In this document: one piece after another, positions 34,831 to 49,805 of the stretch
Layout of the letters: each line of letters opens with the position of its first letter
Numbering within the stretch: the stretch's first letter is position 1
Source: Octopus sinensis
Taxonomy: Eukaryota
Assembly: GCF_006345805.1 (NCBI RefSeq)
Contig: NC_043002.1
Location: 58,342,001-58,406,000 of the forward strand
Direction of reading: 5' to 3'
DNA: 64,000 bases
Program-made: the position numbers and the translations under genes
Notes under the pieces: model-generated
Seen by the model: the letters and a program-made list of their open reading frames with translations, nothing else
Told to the model about the DNA's origin: nothing
The model's database searches: none

Positions 34831-36208
34831 CTGCGGCAGAAAAACCTCTCATATTTTACATGACCATTGATATGGCGCTAGCAAAGTCCGGCAAGTGCCC
34901 AACACTGTCCTCATACAGCTAATGGGTTACCATTTTCCTTTCCTTGTCTCAATTATCGTAAGGGTTTTGCACTGGTGCACATTGTGCATTTGCAATTCAA
35001 ACGTTTACCAACTTGTAAAATGTGGGAGTTTTTCGGTTTCCTTTTTTGTTTTTTTCGTTGCCGTATCTTGTATTAATTTAGCTTTTTTTGTTGTTGTTTT
35101 TGCTGTACGGAATAAGCTTACTCTCCCAGAATAATGCTCCGAGATAAACGTGTACAGAGAAGCAGTGGTCCAGGACAATTTGAAAAAAGCACTTTTTCAG
35201 ACAGAAGACAGAAATACACACACACACACAAACAAAAAAAACCACTAAGAGGAATAACAAGGGCCACAAATACAACATAAAAAACAAACCAAAAACATAA
35301 ACAAACACACATGACCAACTTTGAGTAAAGAGTAAATTAAAGATATACATACACACGTTTATATATATATATATTATATATATTCAGGATCCAGACAATG
35401 AAAGAAACCAGAATAACACAAATTCCAATTTATACACCAAAGTGAAGGGGTGGTGGGAGGTGGTGGTGGGGCGAGAGATGGGTTAAGAGAAGGTGAGAAA
35501 AGCTATCCAGCAACTTTCAAAATATTCAGTAAGACTGATTGTTCGGAATCTCCATGATGAAGAAGTTAGAACTTCTGTAAGTGCACCCCACTATCAGAAA
35601 CCATATTTTCTTCTTTATTTCATTGATGGTAGCTTTTTCTTAAAAAGAAATAAAAAAAAAAGAGAGAGAGAGAGAGAAAGAAATATAAAGAGGGCAGAGG
35701 ATGGGAAGAAGAGGAGAAAATGTACATCACATTATGCAGTCCCTATTTTTCTTGTCTTCCTTTTTTTTTTTAAAAAATGATTGCATTGGCACATTCCATA
35801 AAACCGATAAGACTCTTTACAAAACAAATGAAATAGGAAAATAGAAACCATTAAATTTCATTTTAGCATTTTTTTTTAATATATCTTCTTTTTTTCTTTC
35901 TATGATAGCGTGTTTAAAAAAAATGGTTAAATCAATCATTTTTCTTTTTTCATGAAAATATTGAGACAAAGAAAAGGATAAAATTATTTTAAACAAACAA
36001 ACATAACTGAAGCTGGAATATAGATTAATCGCAGATATTTTTAAAAGGTTTTCTTTGAGGATAGGGCTAGGGGGGGTTGGAGGGGATGTAATTTGCAGTC
36101 ATTGTTACAAGACGCCAATCTGACAAATGTGAATAACCACAGTATGGGGAGAGAGAGGGGAGGGAGGGAGGGAGAAAGAGAAAGCTGGGGAGGGCAGAAA
36201 GCTTTAAC

Positions 36209-36311
36209 CTTCTACAGCTTGGGCCACTTGTTCAAGAACTGTCACAGTAGTCACTCCTTTGATCTTCAAGTCATTGAATTTGTCCTCAGTTTCAGTGACG
36301 ATGGTATTAAT
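36209..36311 (-). CDS. Candidate exon (INTIVTETEDKFNDLKIKGVTTVTVLEQVAQAVE)
   Basis: Very strong acceptor cttattttcttttccag; only frame 0 is open; donor G|GTTAAA (read-through would stop at EG*). Confidence 0.65.
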
Positions 36312-37485
36312 CTGGAAAAGAAAATAAGAAATAAAAAATCACACACAAAAAAAAAAAGTGAAAATACTTTAAAGACATTTAAACTAGGAGTTTTGGCAAT
36401 TTTGAATTTCTTCATCATAATCATTTCACTTCTATTTTCCATGCTGGCAACAAGAACTGGTGAGCCAGAGGGGCAAATCCAGCTCCAGTGTTTGCTTTCA
36501 CAGGTTTCTATAGCCCAATGTCCTTCCTAATGCCAACCACTTTAAAGTATACTGGTTGCTTTTGAAATAATGTTTACCATCCACTTTTCTATGCTTGCAT
36601 GGGTCAGATGGAATTTGTCGAACACTTTCCTACAGCTGGATGCCCTCCCGGTTGCCAACCCTCACTCGTTTCCCCATGAGCAGACATGTTTTCAACAGAA
36701 GACTGGAAACTAACAACCCCACATGTATAACAATGAGGCTCACTTACAACCATTGCATAATACCAAGACAAGGGAAGACACAAATACAAGCATACATATT
36801 TGATGGGTTTCTTTCGGGTTTCATTCTACCAAATCTACCCACAAGGCTTTGGTCAACTTGGGGTTAAAATGGAAGACACTTGACCAAGGTGCTGCACGGT
36901 GGAATTGAACCTAAAACACTGCAGTCGTGAAGCAAACTTCTGAACCACACAATTGTGCTTGCACCTTCAGATATAACATTTTACAATTTCAGTTCTTGAG
37001 TATTTCACCCTTTTCTCATCATACTTTACCTGTGTTTTAAATAATTTTGAAAATAATCACAAGTTTGAGTGGGGTGGAGATAGGGGCTTAATGGTAAGAA
37101 GTCCAATTCCCAATCACACGGTTCCTGGTTCAGTCCCGCTGCGGGGCACTTGGGGTAAGTGTCTTTTGCTATAGCTGCGACCAAAGCCTTGTGAATGGAT
37201 TTGATAGATTGAAACTGAAAGAAGCCCATTATATATATATATACACATACATATATACACACCACACACACATATATACACATACATATATACACACACA
37301 TATATACACATACATATATACACACACACACACACATATATATATACACACACACACTCACATATACACACACACATATACACACACACACACATATATA
37401 CACATACATATATACACACACACACACATATATATACACATACATATATACACACACACACACATATATATACACATACATATAT

Positions 37486-37518
<33 letters not shown>

Positions 37519-37730
37519 CACAGTAATCTCTTGTCATATCGCGGTTTATTATTTAAGCTTACATTGATTCCTCTGTGGTGTTGTTTTGCATTTATAATAA
37601 AATAAATATATACAAATTATAAAAATAATTAAAAAATATATACTGTACAGTACTATTTCATGGATTTTCAACAATCACAGGGGGGGGGGATTTGGAATGT
37701 AACACCTGCGATAGTTGAGGGATTAGTATA

Positions 37731-37761
<31 letters not shown>

Positions 37762-38148
37762 TCACCACCACTACCACTACCACTTAGCAACCAGTGTTGG
37801 TGTTTACACTTCTGTAACTTAGCAGTTTGGCAAAAGAGATCGATAGAATAAGTGGCAAGCTTAAGTGAAAAAAAATTAAGGACTGGGGTTGATTCCATTA
37901 ACTAAAAATTTTTAAAGGTGCCCCAGCATGACTGCAGTCTGATGACTGAAACAAGTGGAAGATAGTTTCATATCATGAAGATTCTTCAGATTATTCTGTC
38001 AAATGGAAATGCTTTATTTATCCATATTGTTTTCAGTTAATCAGATTTTGATGATGTGACTGCTTAAAAAAATATTTGGGCCCGAAATGGCTGGTTTAAA
38101 TGCTAAAAAAGTTCATTTTAAAATGGGATGTATTATAACAAAGAACTG

Positions 38149-38440
38149 TGGAGGCACATGGCCTAGTGATTAGAGCAGCGGACTCGCGGTCGAGGGATCA
38201 TGGGTTCGAATCCCAGACCGGGCGATGTGTGTGTTTATGAGCGAAACACCTAAGCCCCACGTGGCTCCGGCAGAAGCTAATGGTGAAACTTCTGCTGACT
38301 CTTTCGCCACAACTTTCTCTCACTTTTTCCTCCTGCATCTTGCAGCTCACCTGCGATGGACCGGCGTCCCGTTCAGGTGGGGAACTATATGCCAAAGAAA
38401 CCGGCCCTTATGAGCCAGGCATGGCTTGAGGAGGAACAAA
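38149..38440 (+). mobile_element. tRNA-derived SINE with a V/Meta-like central domain; a different tRNA-headed SINE lies at 46570-46830 (-)
   Basis: A box TGGCCTAGTGA, B box GGTTCGAATCC, ctgcgatggaccggcgtcccgttcagg motif. Confidence 0.7.
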
Positions 38441-40211
38441 GAACTAGAGGAAATCCCACAAGCGTTGGTATCAATAGCATTTAATTATTAATTTATACAA
38501 GAAAATTTGAACAGACATCAATGGAAGTTTAGTTTTACACACAATCTAGCTTTCAGAAAAATTGTTCTTGGCTTACCTATTGTGAAGCAAATTATTGTTA
38601 ATAATTAATCACATCAGCATTTAATCTCAGTATGATGAGAACTCATTATCAGACACGTTTTAACATTCATTCCTCACTCGTATTATCAGCTATCTCCCTC
38701 TTATTTCTGAGCTATGTCTTAGACCCACCAAATATTGTCTTCATCTACCTATATCTGTCACAACAGCCACCCTTATGTACCTCTTACTTCATCTCTGTCA
38801 CTGTACATCACTGCTACTTTCTCATCAATTCTCCTTCCTGAGGCACCTCACCTTACCCACCCACCCATATTGATATTTCCCATTAACTACACATCCACTC
38901 GTAACGTTCACCTCTACCCCCAACTCCAACTTTCCTTTGACATGCTAATGAATTACCTGACTTTTTTTGGGTTCAGTCCCTACTGCATGGCGCCATGGGA
39001 AAACGTCTACTATAAGCCCTGGGCCAACAAAATGAACCAAAGCTTTGTGAGTGGATTTGGGAGATGGAAACTGAGAGAATCCCGTCACTTCTTTTAGTTC
39101 CCATCTACATGTATATTATGTATGTATATAAAATCCTCATCATCATTTAATGTCTGCTTTCCATGCTGGCATGGGTTGGACTGGTAAGCTGAGAGACTGC
39201 ACCATGTTCCAATTTGATTTGGCAAGGTTTCTATGGCTGGATACCCTTCCTAATGCCAAATACTCAGAGTGTAGTGGCTGCTTTTTACGTGTCACAGGCA
39301 CAGGTGCTATTGACCCAACACCGGCATTGGCCACAACTATGGTCTCACTTGGTTTAATATGTCTACACAAGCACAGTATAGTGCCAAGGGTCTTGGTCAC
39401 CTGTCACTGCCTCCATGAGGCCCATTGCTTGAACAGTGCTTTTTACGTGCCACTGGCACAGGTGCCATAGACCTGATAACCCCATCAGCCACAACTACAG
39501 CCTCACTTGGCTTGATAGGTCAACACAATTACAGTAAATTGCCAAGGGTCTTGTTCACCTGTCACTGCCTCCATGAGCTCAAACAGTGCTTTTTATGTGC
39601 CACTGACCTAACACCAGCATCAGCCACAACTACAGTCTCACTCGGCTTGACAGGTCTACTGTGCTAGTGCCACATAGAAAACACCCAGTACTCTCTGTAA
39701 AGTGGTTGGCATTAGGAAAGGCATTTAGCCACAGAAACTATGCCAAAGCAGACTACTGGAGCCTGGTGTAGCTTTCAGGCCTGCTACCTCACTCCTGTCA
39801 AACCGTCTAACCCATGCCAGCATGGGAAAAGGAACGTTAAATGATGGTGGTATCTATAGATACATTTGTATGTCTGTTTGTGTATACATACTACTGTCTC
39901 CTGTTATTGGAGATCACAAGATGGTCATAAACAAGTGTCCCTGTTGTGCAAGTGGTGTCCTTCCGAGACATGTCTGATGATGGGGAAATATTACCTTATT
40001 TGGAAACAGGTGAAGGTTGGCATCAGAAAAGATATCCAGATGTTGAAAATCTGCCTTAATAACTTTCTATCTGATCCATGCAAGCATAGAAAAGGTGACA
40101 TTGAATCATGATGATGATGAAATTCGTGAGCTTGTCTTGTTACTGCAGTACCAACTCATTGTTATAACTATTAAATGAAAGATAGGTGTGTGTGGGGGGG
40201 GGGGTCATCAC

Positions 40212-40268
40212 CTGGGTACAATACAGGTCAAATGAAAATTTAGTGTCTATTTTTGACAGTGAGGTAAA
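40212..40268 (-). CDS. Candidate exon (FTSLSKIDTKFSFDLYCTQ)
   Basis: Acceptor ttctttctacctcag, donor CAG|GTGATG; one open frame; phase 0-0. Confidence 0.4.
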
Positions 40269-40576
40269 CTGAGGTAGAAAGAAGAGCTCCAAGAAATGAA
40301 TAAACAGAATCAAGAGTTTGTATCTGTTCAATCTCTAAGAGCAGTTGGTTGGTAGAATTCTTAGAGAGACCAATGAAATGCTTTGGTGTGTTCCAGCTTG
40401 TTATGTTTTTAATTCAGTTCTTGTGCAGGTTGACTGCTTCCCATCCATCTATCCAGGGATGATAAAATAAACTCTCAGATCAGACTAAGGAATTGGGAAA
40501 TGGTTAGAGTATTGGATAAAAATGCCTGGCAGTGTTTGTTCCAGCTCTTTTACATTTTTCTCAGTTCAAATCCTAC

Positions 40577-40653
40577 AACTACACTAGTGCCGACACCCAG
40601 TGGACCCAACCTTCCCTTTGAGACAAAATCAGTGATGTCAAAATTAGAGATTG
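40577..40653 (-). CDS. Candidate exon (A-ISNFDITDFVSKGRLGPLGVGTSVV)
   Basis: Acceptor ttgcctgcag; open coding-like frame; donor GTAGGA uncertain; phase 1-0. Confidence 0.4.
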
Positions 40654-41971
40654 CTGCAGGCAATTGCTGATCTTTGTTCATTTTACATCCATTTTTGTAT
40701 GCTAGCATGGGTTAGAAGGATATCTTACTGAAGTATTGTTTTACAGAGAGATGTCCTTCCTGTTTTTCAAGTAAGGAATTGCTTACAGTTCTCAACTTTC
40801 ACAGTGCCTACATGTAAACACACACACATACTCAAAATATTTTTTAGAGTGGTGAGCTGGCAGAAGCATTAGCACACCGGGTGAAATGCTTAGCGGTATT
40901 TCATCTGCTGTTATGTTCCGAGTTCAAATTCCACCAAGATCGACTTTACCTTTCATCCTTTCAGGGTCGATTAAATAAGTACCAGTTACTCACTGGGATT
41001 GATGTAATCCACCTACTCCCTTTGTCAGTCCTTGTTTGTCTCCTCTATGTTTAGCCCCCTGTGGGCAATAAAGAAATAAATATATTTTTAAGAAGAAATT
41101 TAAACAATTCAGGTGAGAAATACAGCAAAATATACAAGGTGATGACAATAAATAAAATCAACAAGATAGTGTATTACTCTACAGAAGTTGTTTAATGCCT
41201 CTGTTATATTTCGGGAAAGCTTCTCTTTATCAAATACAAGAGAGAAAGTCATATAGGTGTTTGTAGAAAGTGTTATTACCAGACCATTCTGGTGTGTTTT
41301 CTATTTTATATTTAATAAAAAAAGCTTTCCCAAAATATAATGGAAGCATTGAACAACCTGTGAAGGGTGGTACAATAACTTGGTCTTAGTCTTTTATTTA
41401 TTGAAACGATCTTTGTACCTATATTTCTTCATCTTGGCATTATCTGAAAGCTGTAAGCAAGTGTTGCCATCATTCAAGAAGTGTCCCTCATTTCAAATTT
41501 TGTGCATTGACATGTCCAGCAACAGGGAAATATTATCTTGCTAGGAAGCAAATCTGCCGTATTGAATTCTGTATGATCCAAACAGAAACTGAAAGAAGCC
41601 CATCGTATGTGTATGCGTCTGTCCCCCACCCACTGCTTGACAATCGGTGTTGATGTGCAAACCTCTCCATAATTTAGTGGTTCGGCAAAAGAGATTATCA
41701 AATAAGTATCAGGCTTTAGAAAAAAAGAAGTACTAGAGTCGATTCGTTCAACTAAAATTAGGTGGGTGCCCCAGTATGGCCACAGTCTAATGACTGAAGC
41801 AAGTAAAACTATCTTAGAATACTTCATCCTTGTTAACCCTTCGCGCTAACGATTCTGCCAGCTCGTCGCCTTAAAGATTCTACAATATTGCCAAAATTAC
41901 ATGCCAAAGGCAAGGCCGCCTCTCCTTTCCATAACTAGGTAATTCTTGATCCCTATACAGTTACTGACTAC

Positions 41972-42025
41972 CTACAAAACCACGAGGGCAGTTCATGGAA
42001 TACTGCTCACATATCTGAGATGTAG
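41972..42025 (-). CDS. Candidate exon (A-TSQICEQYSMNCPRGFV)
   Basis: Acceptor gtgtaacag, donor G|GTAGTC; one open frame; 54 nt, phase 1-1. Confidence 0.45.
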
Positions 42026-42294
42026 CTGTTACACACACAAAACACTTGAATGGCACAATGAAAAATCATCATCATCTATCATTTTATGTCTGTTTTCCAT
42101 GCTGGCATGGGTTAGACGGATCATTTCAGCCTGTGTCATTCCTCATTGGAAGCTGCAACTCCTAAAGACTGGGTTTTTTTTTTTTTTTTTTGCATTATTT
42201 GGATTGGTTTAGATGGATAGATGCCCTGCCAACCACTTTAAAAGACTCAGTAACCTAAAGCATGTAGGCCAGTGGTTTTCAACTGGGGAACTAT

Positions 42295-42420
42295 GGCCCT
42301 TGGGAGTCCATGTGGCCCTAGGGGGTCCAGTGGCCCTTGGGGGTCCATGCGGCCCTTGGGAGTCCATGTGGTGCTTGGGGCTCCATGCGGACCTTGGGGG
42401 TCCATGTGGTCCTTGAGAGC
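42295..42420. repeat. ~19-20-bp minisatellite (ggcccttgggrgtccatgy) x6, following a cagtggttttcaac hAT-like end
   Basis: Direct. Confidence 0.8.
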
Positions 42421-43658
42421 CCATACAAGATTTTGTTAAAATTTATCTGCAATAAACTGGTTATATGTCTACAATACACAAAATATTTTAATTTTTGAGA
42501 CAGTTCCTAATATTTAATTATAAAAATAAGATTTTTTTAAACATCAAATGGCTAGGGGGGGAGGGTCCAAACAAGGACAGACAAATGGATTAAGTCGATT
42601 ATATCGACCCCAGTGCGTAACTGGTACTTACTTAATCGACCCCGAAAGGATGAAAGGCAAAGTCAATCTTGGCGGAATTTGAACTCAGAACGTAGCAGCA
42701 GACAAAATACCGTTAAGCATTTTGTCCAGCGTGCTAACGGTTCTGCCAGCTCATTACCTTATCGTTAATAATAATATCTTAATAAGCGTATCTGAAAGGA
42801 GTGGAAAGTTATTTAAATCAATCTCCTTGTATTCAACTGGTGCCTGTTTTATCAAGTCTGAAAGAATGGAAAGGCAAAGTTGAACTTGAACTCAGAATGT
42901 AATAACTTGGAAGTATTTTTTCCAGCTCTCTCTCTCACAATTCTGACACTTTGTCACCTTCATCATCATCATTTAAAGTTGGTTCTCCATGATGGCATGG
43001 ATTGGACAGTTCAACAGGAGCCAACAAACCAGAGGACTACTCCAGGGTCTACTGTCTACTTTTGTATGATTTCAACGGCTAGATACACTTAATGCCTAAC
43101 ACCACACAGAGCAAACTAGTTACTTTCCACATGGCACCAGCACCAGTGAGGTTACCAGGCAACCCACAAGACCCTTCAAATAATTGGAGATGTAGGTGGC
43201 TTTGTGCCAATACTAATGTAAATAAGTACTAATCAGAAATTAAGAGACATTTTTCAATCAAAACTGATCAAAATGAGGTAAATAGCAACAAAAATACTAC
43301 TACTACAACAATTAAACGCTGGTTATTGGAAATAAACCAACACTTATTGGTGTCCTGGACTTTAGTGCTCTTTTACATGTTTCAGTAATTTCAGTGCGGC
43401 CATGCTGGAGCACCACCTTTAGTCAAGAAAATCAACCCCAGGACTTATTCTATCGGTCTCTTTTGCCGAACTGCTAAGTTACAGGTACATAAACACACCA
43501 GCATCAGTTGTCAAGTGATGCTGGGGGGGGGGAGAAACACAGACATACAAACACACACATATATATATATACATATACTTTATTAATAAAGCTGCAAATA
43601 TACATGTATGTATACACACACATACACCAGATTGTGTCAAAAGCTACAACTTGTATAT

Positions 43659-43693
<35 letters not shown>

Positions 43694-44220
43694 CACACAT
43701 TATATTGACATTACCACTGTTTAAAATTCAATTTTTTTTCCATGCTGCCATGAGTTAGAATTTATTGAGGCAGATTTTCTATGGCCAGAAGCTTGTCATT
43801 TCACGTTGCTCCTGTCCACTCAGCTGTAACTGGGTGACATTGTGACGGATTGGCGTCCAGTTCTGGTGGGATGTTGTAATCATGGTCAATTATTTGCCAT
43901 GGAAACCAGCTAACTGAACCCTTTGAGTCTTAGGGCTCGAGACAATAATATCCAGAGCTTGCATCAGGATGATACTATAACGGTATTTCAATCAGGCACT
44001 AAAACAACTGTCATCATCATCATCATTTAATGTTTGTTTTCCATGCTGGTATGGGTTGAACGGTTCAACCATTGGCAAGCCAGAGAGCTTCATAAGGATC
44101 CAATTGTCTGTTTTGGCATGGTTTCTATGGCTGGACACTCTTCCTAACACCTGTATAGGTGCTGTTTATGTGGCACGATCACAGGTGTTTTTTATGTGGT
44201 GCCAGTGCAGGGGTTATATG

Positions 44221-44400
44221 TCACCCGCACAGGTAATTTTTATGTGTCACCCGCACAGGTAATTTTTATGTGTCACCCGCACAGGTAATTTTTATGTGTC
44301 ACCAGCACAGGTAATTTTTATGTCTCCAGCACAGGCAATATTTACGTGTCACCAGCACAGGTAATTTTTATGTGTCACCAGCACAGGTAATTTTTATGTG
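44221..44400. repeat. 26-bp minisatellite (gcacaggtaatttttatgtgtcacc[c/a]) x~7
   Basis: Direct; arises within a (GAT)-tail-family element. Confidence 0.9.
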
Positions 44401-45130
44401 CATCCTAAATCTAGATTACAAAAGAACAAAGATAAAACTGTAACTCAATATTGAAATGAATTTTTCAAATAAAGATATGGAAGATATCACATTGTCAAAG
44501 AAAAGTTGTTTTTTTAGTAACAAATGGAAGTTTCTTCATCTCTCATTAGGTTTCCTTGTTTTGTTACAAGTAAAACATGACAAAAAAAAGTAAAGAAAAA
44601 AACCCAGTGATTTCTTCACACTGCCCTAGCACATACACAAATAATTGACAGCCTTTACTGTAATGTCACTCAGACACTCCACCACTGACCTATACACAAA
44701 CAGTTGAGGTTACATCCCGACAAAACTCACCAACAATAAAACTGGCATAAGTCAATATAACATCTTACCAATAGTAAAACAGTGTCTATATATAATACCT
44801 TACAATTAAGAGTGTATTTAATACCTTACAATTAAGAGTGTATATAATATCCTACAAGTAATATTGTATATAATAGCTTACAGCTAGTAGAGTAAAGCAA
44901 ATATGTTACAACTAATTGTGTACAGTGTATAGAATAGCTTACAAGCAGGGTACATAATATCTTACAGCAGTGTACAGTGTATATAATACTTTACAACTAA
45001 CAACATACAGTATATAAAATAGTTTCTAATCAAATATCAATTACAGTATATATATATATAATACCTTACAGAAAATAGTGTACATAATACCTTACAATTA
45101 ACAGTGTACAGTCTAATAACACAACAGTGT

Positions 45131-45181
<51 letters not shown>

Positions 45182-45935
45182 ACAGTATACAGTGTATATA
45201 ATACATTAAAACTAACTAACAAGGGGAATGAGGGCGTTAAGTGTCACAGTGTAGATATTCTTTCTGTTGACACCCTTCTTCAACATATAAGAATCAAAAT
45301 GAGCAGCAGCAACAGCTGATGAAAGTTGGAACGGGGTGGGAACAAGGGGGCTGGACAAATGACACACATCTAGCTAGACACAGGACACACAGACATGACA
45401 GGACATGCAAACAAACAGAAATAAAAATGGAATACAATACGGTAAAAGCAGGAAGGTAGGGATGACATAAATGCATTACGTGTTAATGAAAGAACAAAGA
45501 CATAAGATATGAAAGCAAAAGGAAGGATACAAAAAACAAAAAAAAAAGAAAGTAATGAAAAAAAAAAAGCTAAGATTCAGGGCTGCCTCTTGGGATGTTC
45601 AGGCTACGCTTGGAGTCTAACCATTTGCCTGTCCTATGTATCATGTGTGGTACACGGGACATATATTAAGGACTAACTTAAAAGCAAGCATGGTGAATTA
45701 GAGCAGACTTATAAAAAAGGCTTTGGACAGGAAAAAGGGTTAAGCATGTGTTAGTAGTAGTAGGAATGTTAACATTGTTAGTTAGATACCAGTTTTATTA
45801 ATTACAAAGTAGTTTGGGGAAATATCTGGATTGATATTAATAAACAATGAGGAACCAATAAGATGGTGAAATGCTAGCAATTTTTATATAATATTAGTAA
45901 TTTAGATATCTCTTCTTAACACACACACACACACA

Positions 45936-45987
<52 letters not shown>

Positions 45988-46170
45988 GCCGCTATGATTG
46001 ACCACTAGCCCCTAAAGTTTTTTTTATTCTCTCTCTGTTTATTTCCATGTGTTCCTTTCCGCTGAAGAGCATAGGCACAAAATGTAAAAGACTTTCCCAC
46101 CTTCCCGAGCGTCAAACTAATACACTTGCTTGTTGTTCATACACCTGTCTTCGTCTTCTGTAAATTCCAA

Positions 46171-46207
<37 letters not shown>

Positions 46208-46838
46208 CATCATCATCGTTTAACGTCCGCTTCCCATGCTGGTATGGGTTGGACGGTTCAACTGGGGTCTGGGAAGCCAGAAAGCTGCACCAGGCCCAGT
46301 CTGATCTGGCAGTGTTTCTACAGCTGGATGCCCTTCCTAACGCCATACTTTATTTAAAAGCAGCAGAAATATAGCAAAAGCTGTTACTCAAAAACTGTCT
46401 GACGAATGGGAACGTGAAACTCTGAGTAACAGCTTTTGTTATATTTCTGCTGCTTTTAAATAAAGCATATTACTCTACCTCTGGTATTTGAGTACTCTTT
46501 TTTTCCACCTTGTCTCACATTTATGTGCTTACTCCGGTATGTATGTATGTATATATATATATATATATATCACATGACCGACCAGACCATCAGATGTTGT
46601 TACACATCGCTGGTCACAATGCGTTCGCATTGTTTTAGCCTTTGAATGACGCCACCCCACTGGTTAAGCGAGCAGACCAACAGAAGAAAGAGTGGTGAAA
46701 GAGTACAGCAGGGATCACCACCCCCTGCTGGAGCGTCGTGAAGCTTTTAGGTGTTTTCACTCAATAAACACTCGCAATGCCCAGTCTGGGAATCGAAACC
46801 GCGAGTCCGCTGCCCTAACCACTGGGCCATTGCGCCTC

Positions 46839-46892
<54 letters not shown>

Positions 46893-47229
46893 CAGGAGTG
46901 GCTGTGTGGGAAGAAGTTTGCTCCCAGCCACATGGTTTTGGGTTCAGTCCTACTGTGCGGCACCTTAGTCAAATGTCTTCTACTATAGCCTCAGGCCAAA
47001 TAAATCCTTGTCAGTAGATCTGGTAGATATATCTACGTACATTTATGTGTGTGTGTTTGTCCCCAACCACCACTTGACAACTAGTGTCGATGAGTTTAAA
47101 TTCCCTGTAACTTAGCAATCTTAAAAAAAAGTGCCAGGCTTAAAAAAAAAAAACAATGGTGTTGATTAGTCCGACTAAAAGATTCAAGATGGTGCCCCAG
47201 CATGGCCACAGTCTAATGACAAGATACAA

Positions 47230-47575
47230 GATATATGTTGAGCCAGTGGCGTTAAGCAAAGAAATGGGTATCAAGCAAGGTATGGTCCCATCAAAGTGGG
47301 ATGCAGAAGGTTTGCAAGTCAGTCCCTCCACAAAACTTACAACATACTGGGCATTATAGGGGCCTGGGGGGCAGAAGGCAATCAGCAGAAGTTGCCACAA
47401 AGTGCTTGTGGATCAAGAGCTGTGAGCCCAGGAAGGAGCAGTGCTAACAAGCCAGAGCTTGATCAACCCTGGCCGCATCAGCTGAGTGAAGGAGGGGATC
47501 TGATGTTAAAAGACCCAAAACACATAATGACCCCAAGAAATGTAACTGATGATGTGTCCAGGTGTATCACAGGAT
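47230..47575 (+). mobile_element. HERO-like LINE 3' fragment
   Basis: PIKVGCRRFASQSLHKTYNILGI...LWIK followed by the 3' UTR ctgatgttaaaagacccaaaacac...actgatgatgtgtcc. Confidence 0.75.
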
Positions 47576-49759
47576 GATGTATGGACAAACGAGGTCTAGG
47601 TATGTCTGTGTTGTTAAGAAGTTTACTTCCCAAGTGCATGGTTTCAGGTTCATTTCCATTGCATGGCACCTTTAGCAAGTGTTTTTTACTGTAGTTCTAA
47701 TGCCAAACAAAGTGAATTTGGTAAACAGAAACCGAAAGAAGCCCATTGTGTGTGTGTGTGTGTATGTTTCCTTGTCTTGACATAGCATGATTGTTGTAAA
47801 TAGATGTCATTCATTTCAAATATTCTGCAAAAACCTGTCTTGCTTGTAAACAGGTAAGGGTTGGTGACAGGAAAGGCATCCAGTCATAGAAAATCAGCTT
47901 CAGTGAACTGCATCTGACCTATGCAAGCTTGAAAAAGAGGATATTGAAACAATGATGGTGTGTGTGTGTGGTGTGTGTGTGTGTGTGTGTGTGTGTGAGA
48001 AAATTCTTCAGTTTGATCTACTAGATTATCCTTAATATGTCTATGGCTGGATACCCTTCCTAATGCCAACCACTCAAAGAGTAATGGGTAAAAGCAACTA
48101 TTACACTCTCGGAGCAGTTGGCATAAAAGAAGGCCATTCAAATCAGACTGTCCAATCCATGCCAGCATGGACAGCTGACACTAAATGATGGTGATCATGA
48201 TGATGATGAAAGTAGTTGAGTATTCCAGAGACACGTGTGCCTTTAAGAGAATTCTCAGCCAGAATCAGTGTGACACAGTGTGACAAAGCTGTTTCATTTG
48301 AATTATAGATGCAATCCACCTGATGGGCTTCTACACAGTTTTCCCTCTCCTGAATTTCACCCACAGGGATATGGAAGGCTATAGAAAATACCATGGGACC
48401 TCAGCCACAGACATGGATGTGAAGCAAACTTCTTAATCGTTTAGTCATACAGCACATGTTCACACACACACACACACTCACACTACTTTCAGACTCAAAA
48501 TGTGGTCCTCAATTGATATCATCATCATCTCTTAGCGTCTGCTTTCCATGCTAGCACGGGTTAGACGGTTCAACTGGGGTCTGGGAAGCCAGAAGGCTGC
48601 ACCAGGCCCAGTTTGATCTGGCAATGTTTCTACAACTGGATGCCCTTCCTAATGACAACCACTCCGATCTGACTGAATATATTCGTATAAATTATAATTT
48701 ATAGTGCCACATATGGAGCACCCACTACACTCTGTAAAGTGATCTCTTCCACTACATCCTCTGTTAGATAGTAAGATGTGATTTCAAGGTTTAAATATTG
48801 TTTGTAGCAGGTCGAGAGAGAGAGAGACCTCGATGGACCATCTTTCACTGTATTGTCATGTAAGCAGTTGCAGTTGGTTTCTTTTTATGGCTGGATGTGT
48901 GTGTGTACATTCATCATCATCATCATCATCGTTTAACGTCCGCTTTCCATGCTAGCATGGGTTGGACGGTTCAACTGGGGTCTGGCAAGCCCGAAGGCTA
49001 CACCAGGCCAGTCAGATCTGGCAGTGTTTCTACAGCTGGATGCCCTTCCTAACGCCAACCACTCCAAGAGTGTAGTGGGTGATTTTATGTGCCACTGACA
49101 CAGGTGCCAGATGAGGCTGGCAGACGACACATTTTCCATCAAAATTTTATTTCCCAAACACCAGCTTAATAATGACAGTTATTTTACTAAATTCATTATT
49201 TTAAAAACTACTTGAAACAAAGACGATGTATTCTAACAGAAATATGGTAACAAGAAGGGTTAAATGCTGTTTTATATATACATGAGAAGAAACACGAGTA
49301 AACACACAAAGATATTTGATTCAATAAAATACTCCAAAACTAGCCAGAAGGGCAGGAATCAAAAGGGAAAAAAGGATCAATATATTTCTGAAGTCAGTGG
49401 GAGCACTTTAAAATGCTGAGTGTTTCATTAGCTTGCAATGCTTAACTCAAGTTTTCGAGAATTTATAGCTTCAAGTGAAGGCACATGACAGTGGTTAGGA
49501 TGATACACGCATGATTGCAAAATTGTGGCTTCAATTCTTGGATAGGGTAGTGCATTGTGCGCTTGAGCAAAACTCTTCATTTCATGTGGTTCCAGTCCAT
49601 CCATCCAGACAGGCAGGCATCTCGTTCATGTGAAGAAAAATTGTGACTGTGGTCGCTTATATGCCATGGAAACCAGGTAACCAGCCCAGGAATCCTCAAA
49701 CTTGAGGTACTAATGACCATATAGCTTTGAGAGCAACAGTACTGGTCGAACTGGCTTAC

Positions 49760-49805
49760 CCCCAACACCGTGTACAACTATCAAATCAAGACTAATGCTT
49801 CTATT
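49760..49805 (-). CDS. Candidate exon (NRSISLDLIVVHGVG)
   Basis: Strong donor G|GTAAGC; moderate acceptor; phase 0-1 fits its neighbours. Confidence 0.35.

Noticed and set aside
38645-38700. Minus-strand CTGATAA...AAAACGTGTC HHR-like string
   Set aside because: No convincing stem II or stem I and G12 is missing.
45585-45665. Possible exon GKWLDSKRSLNIPRGSPES* (minus strand)
   Set aside because: Weak acceptor, and its stop conflicts with the downstream exon chain; cannot be supported.
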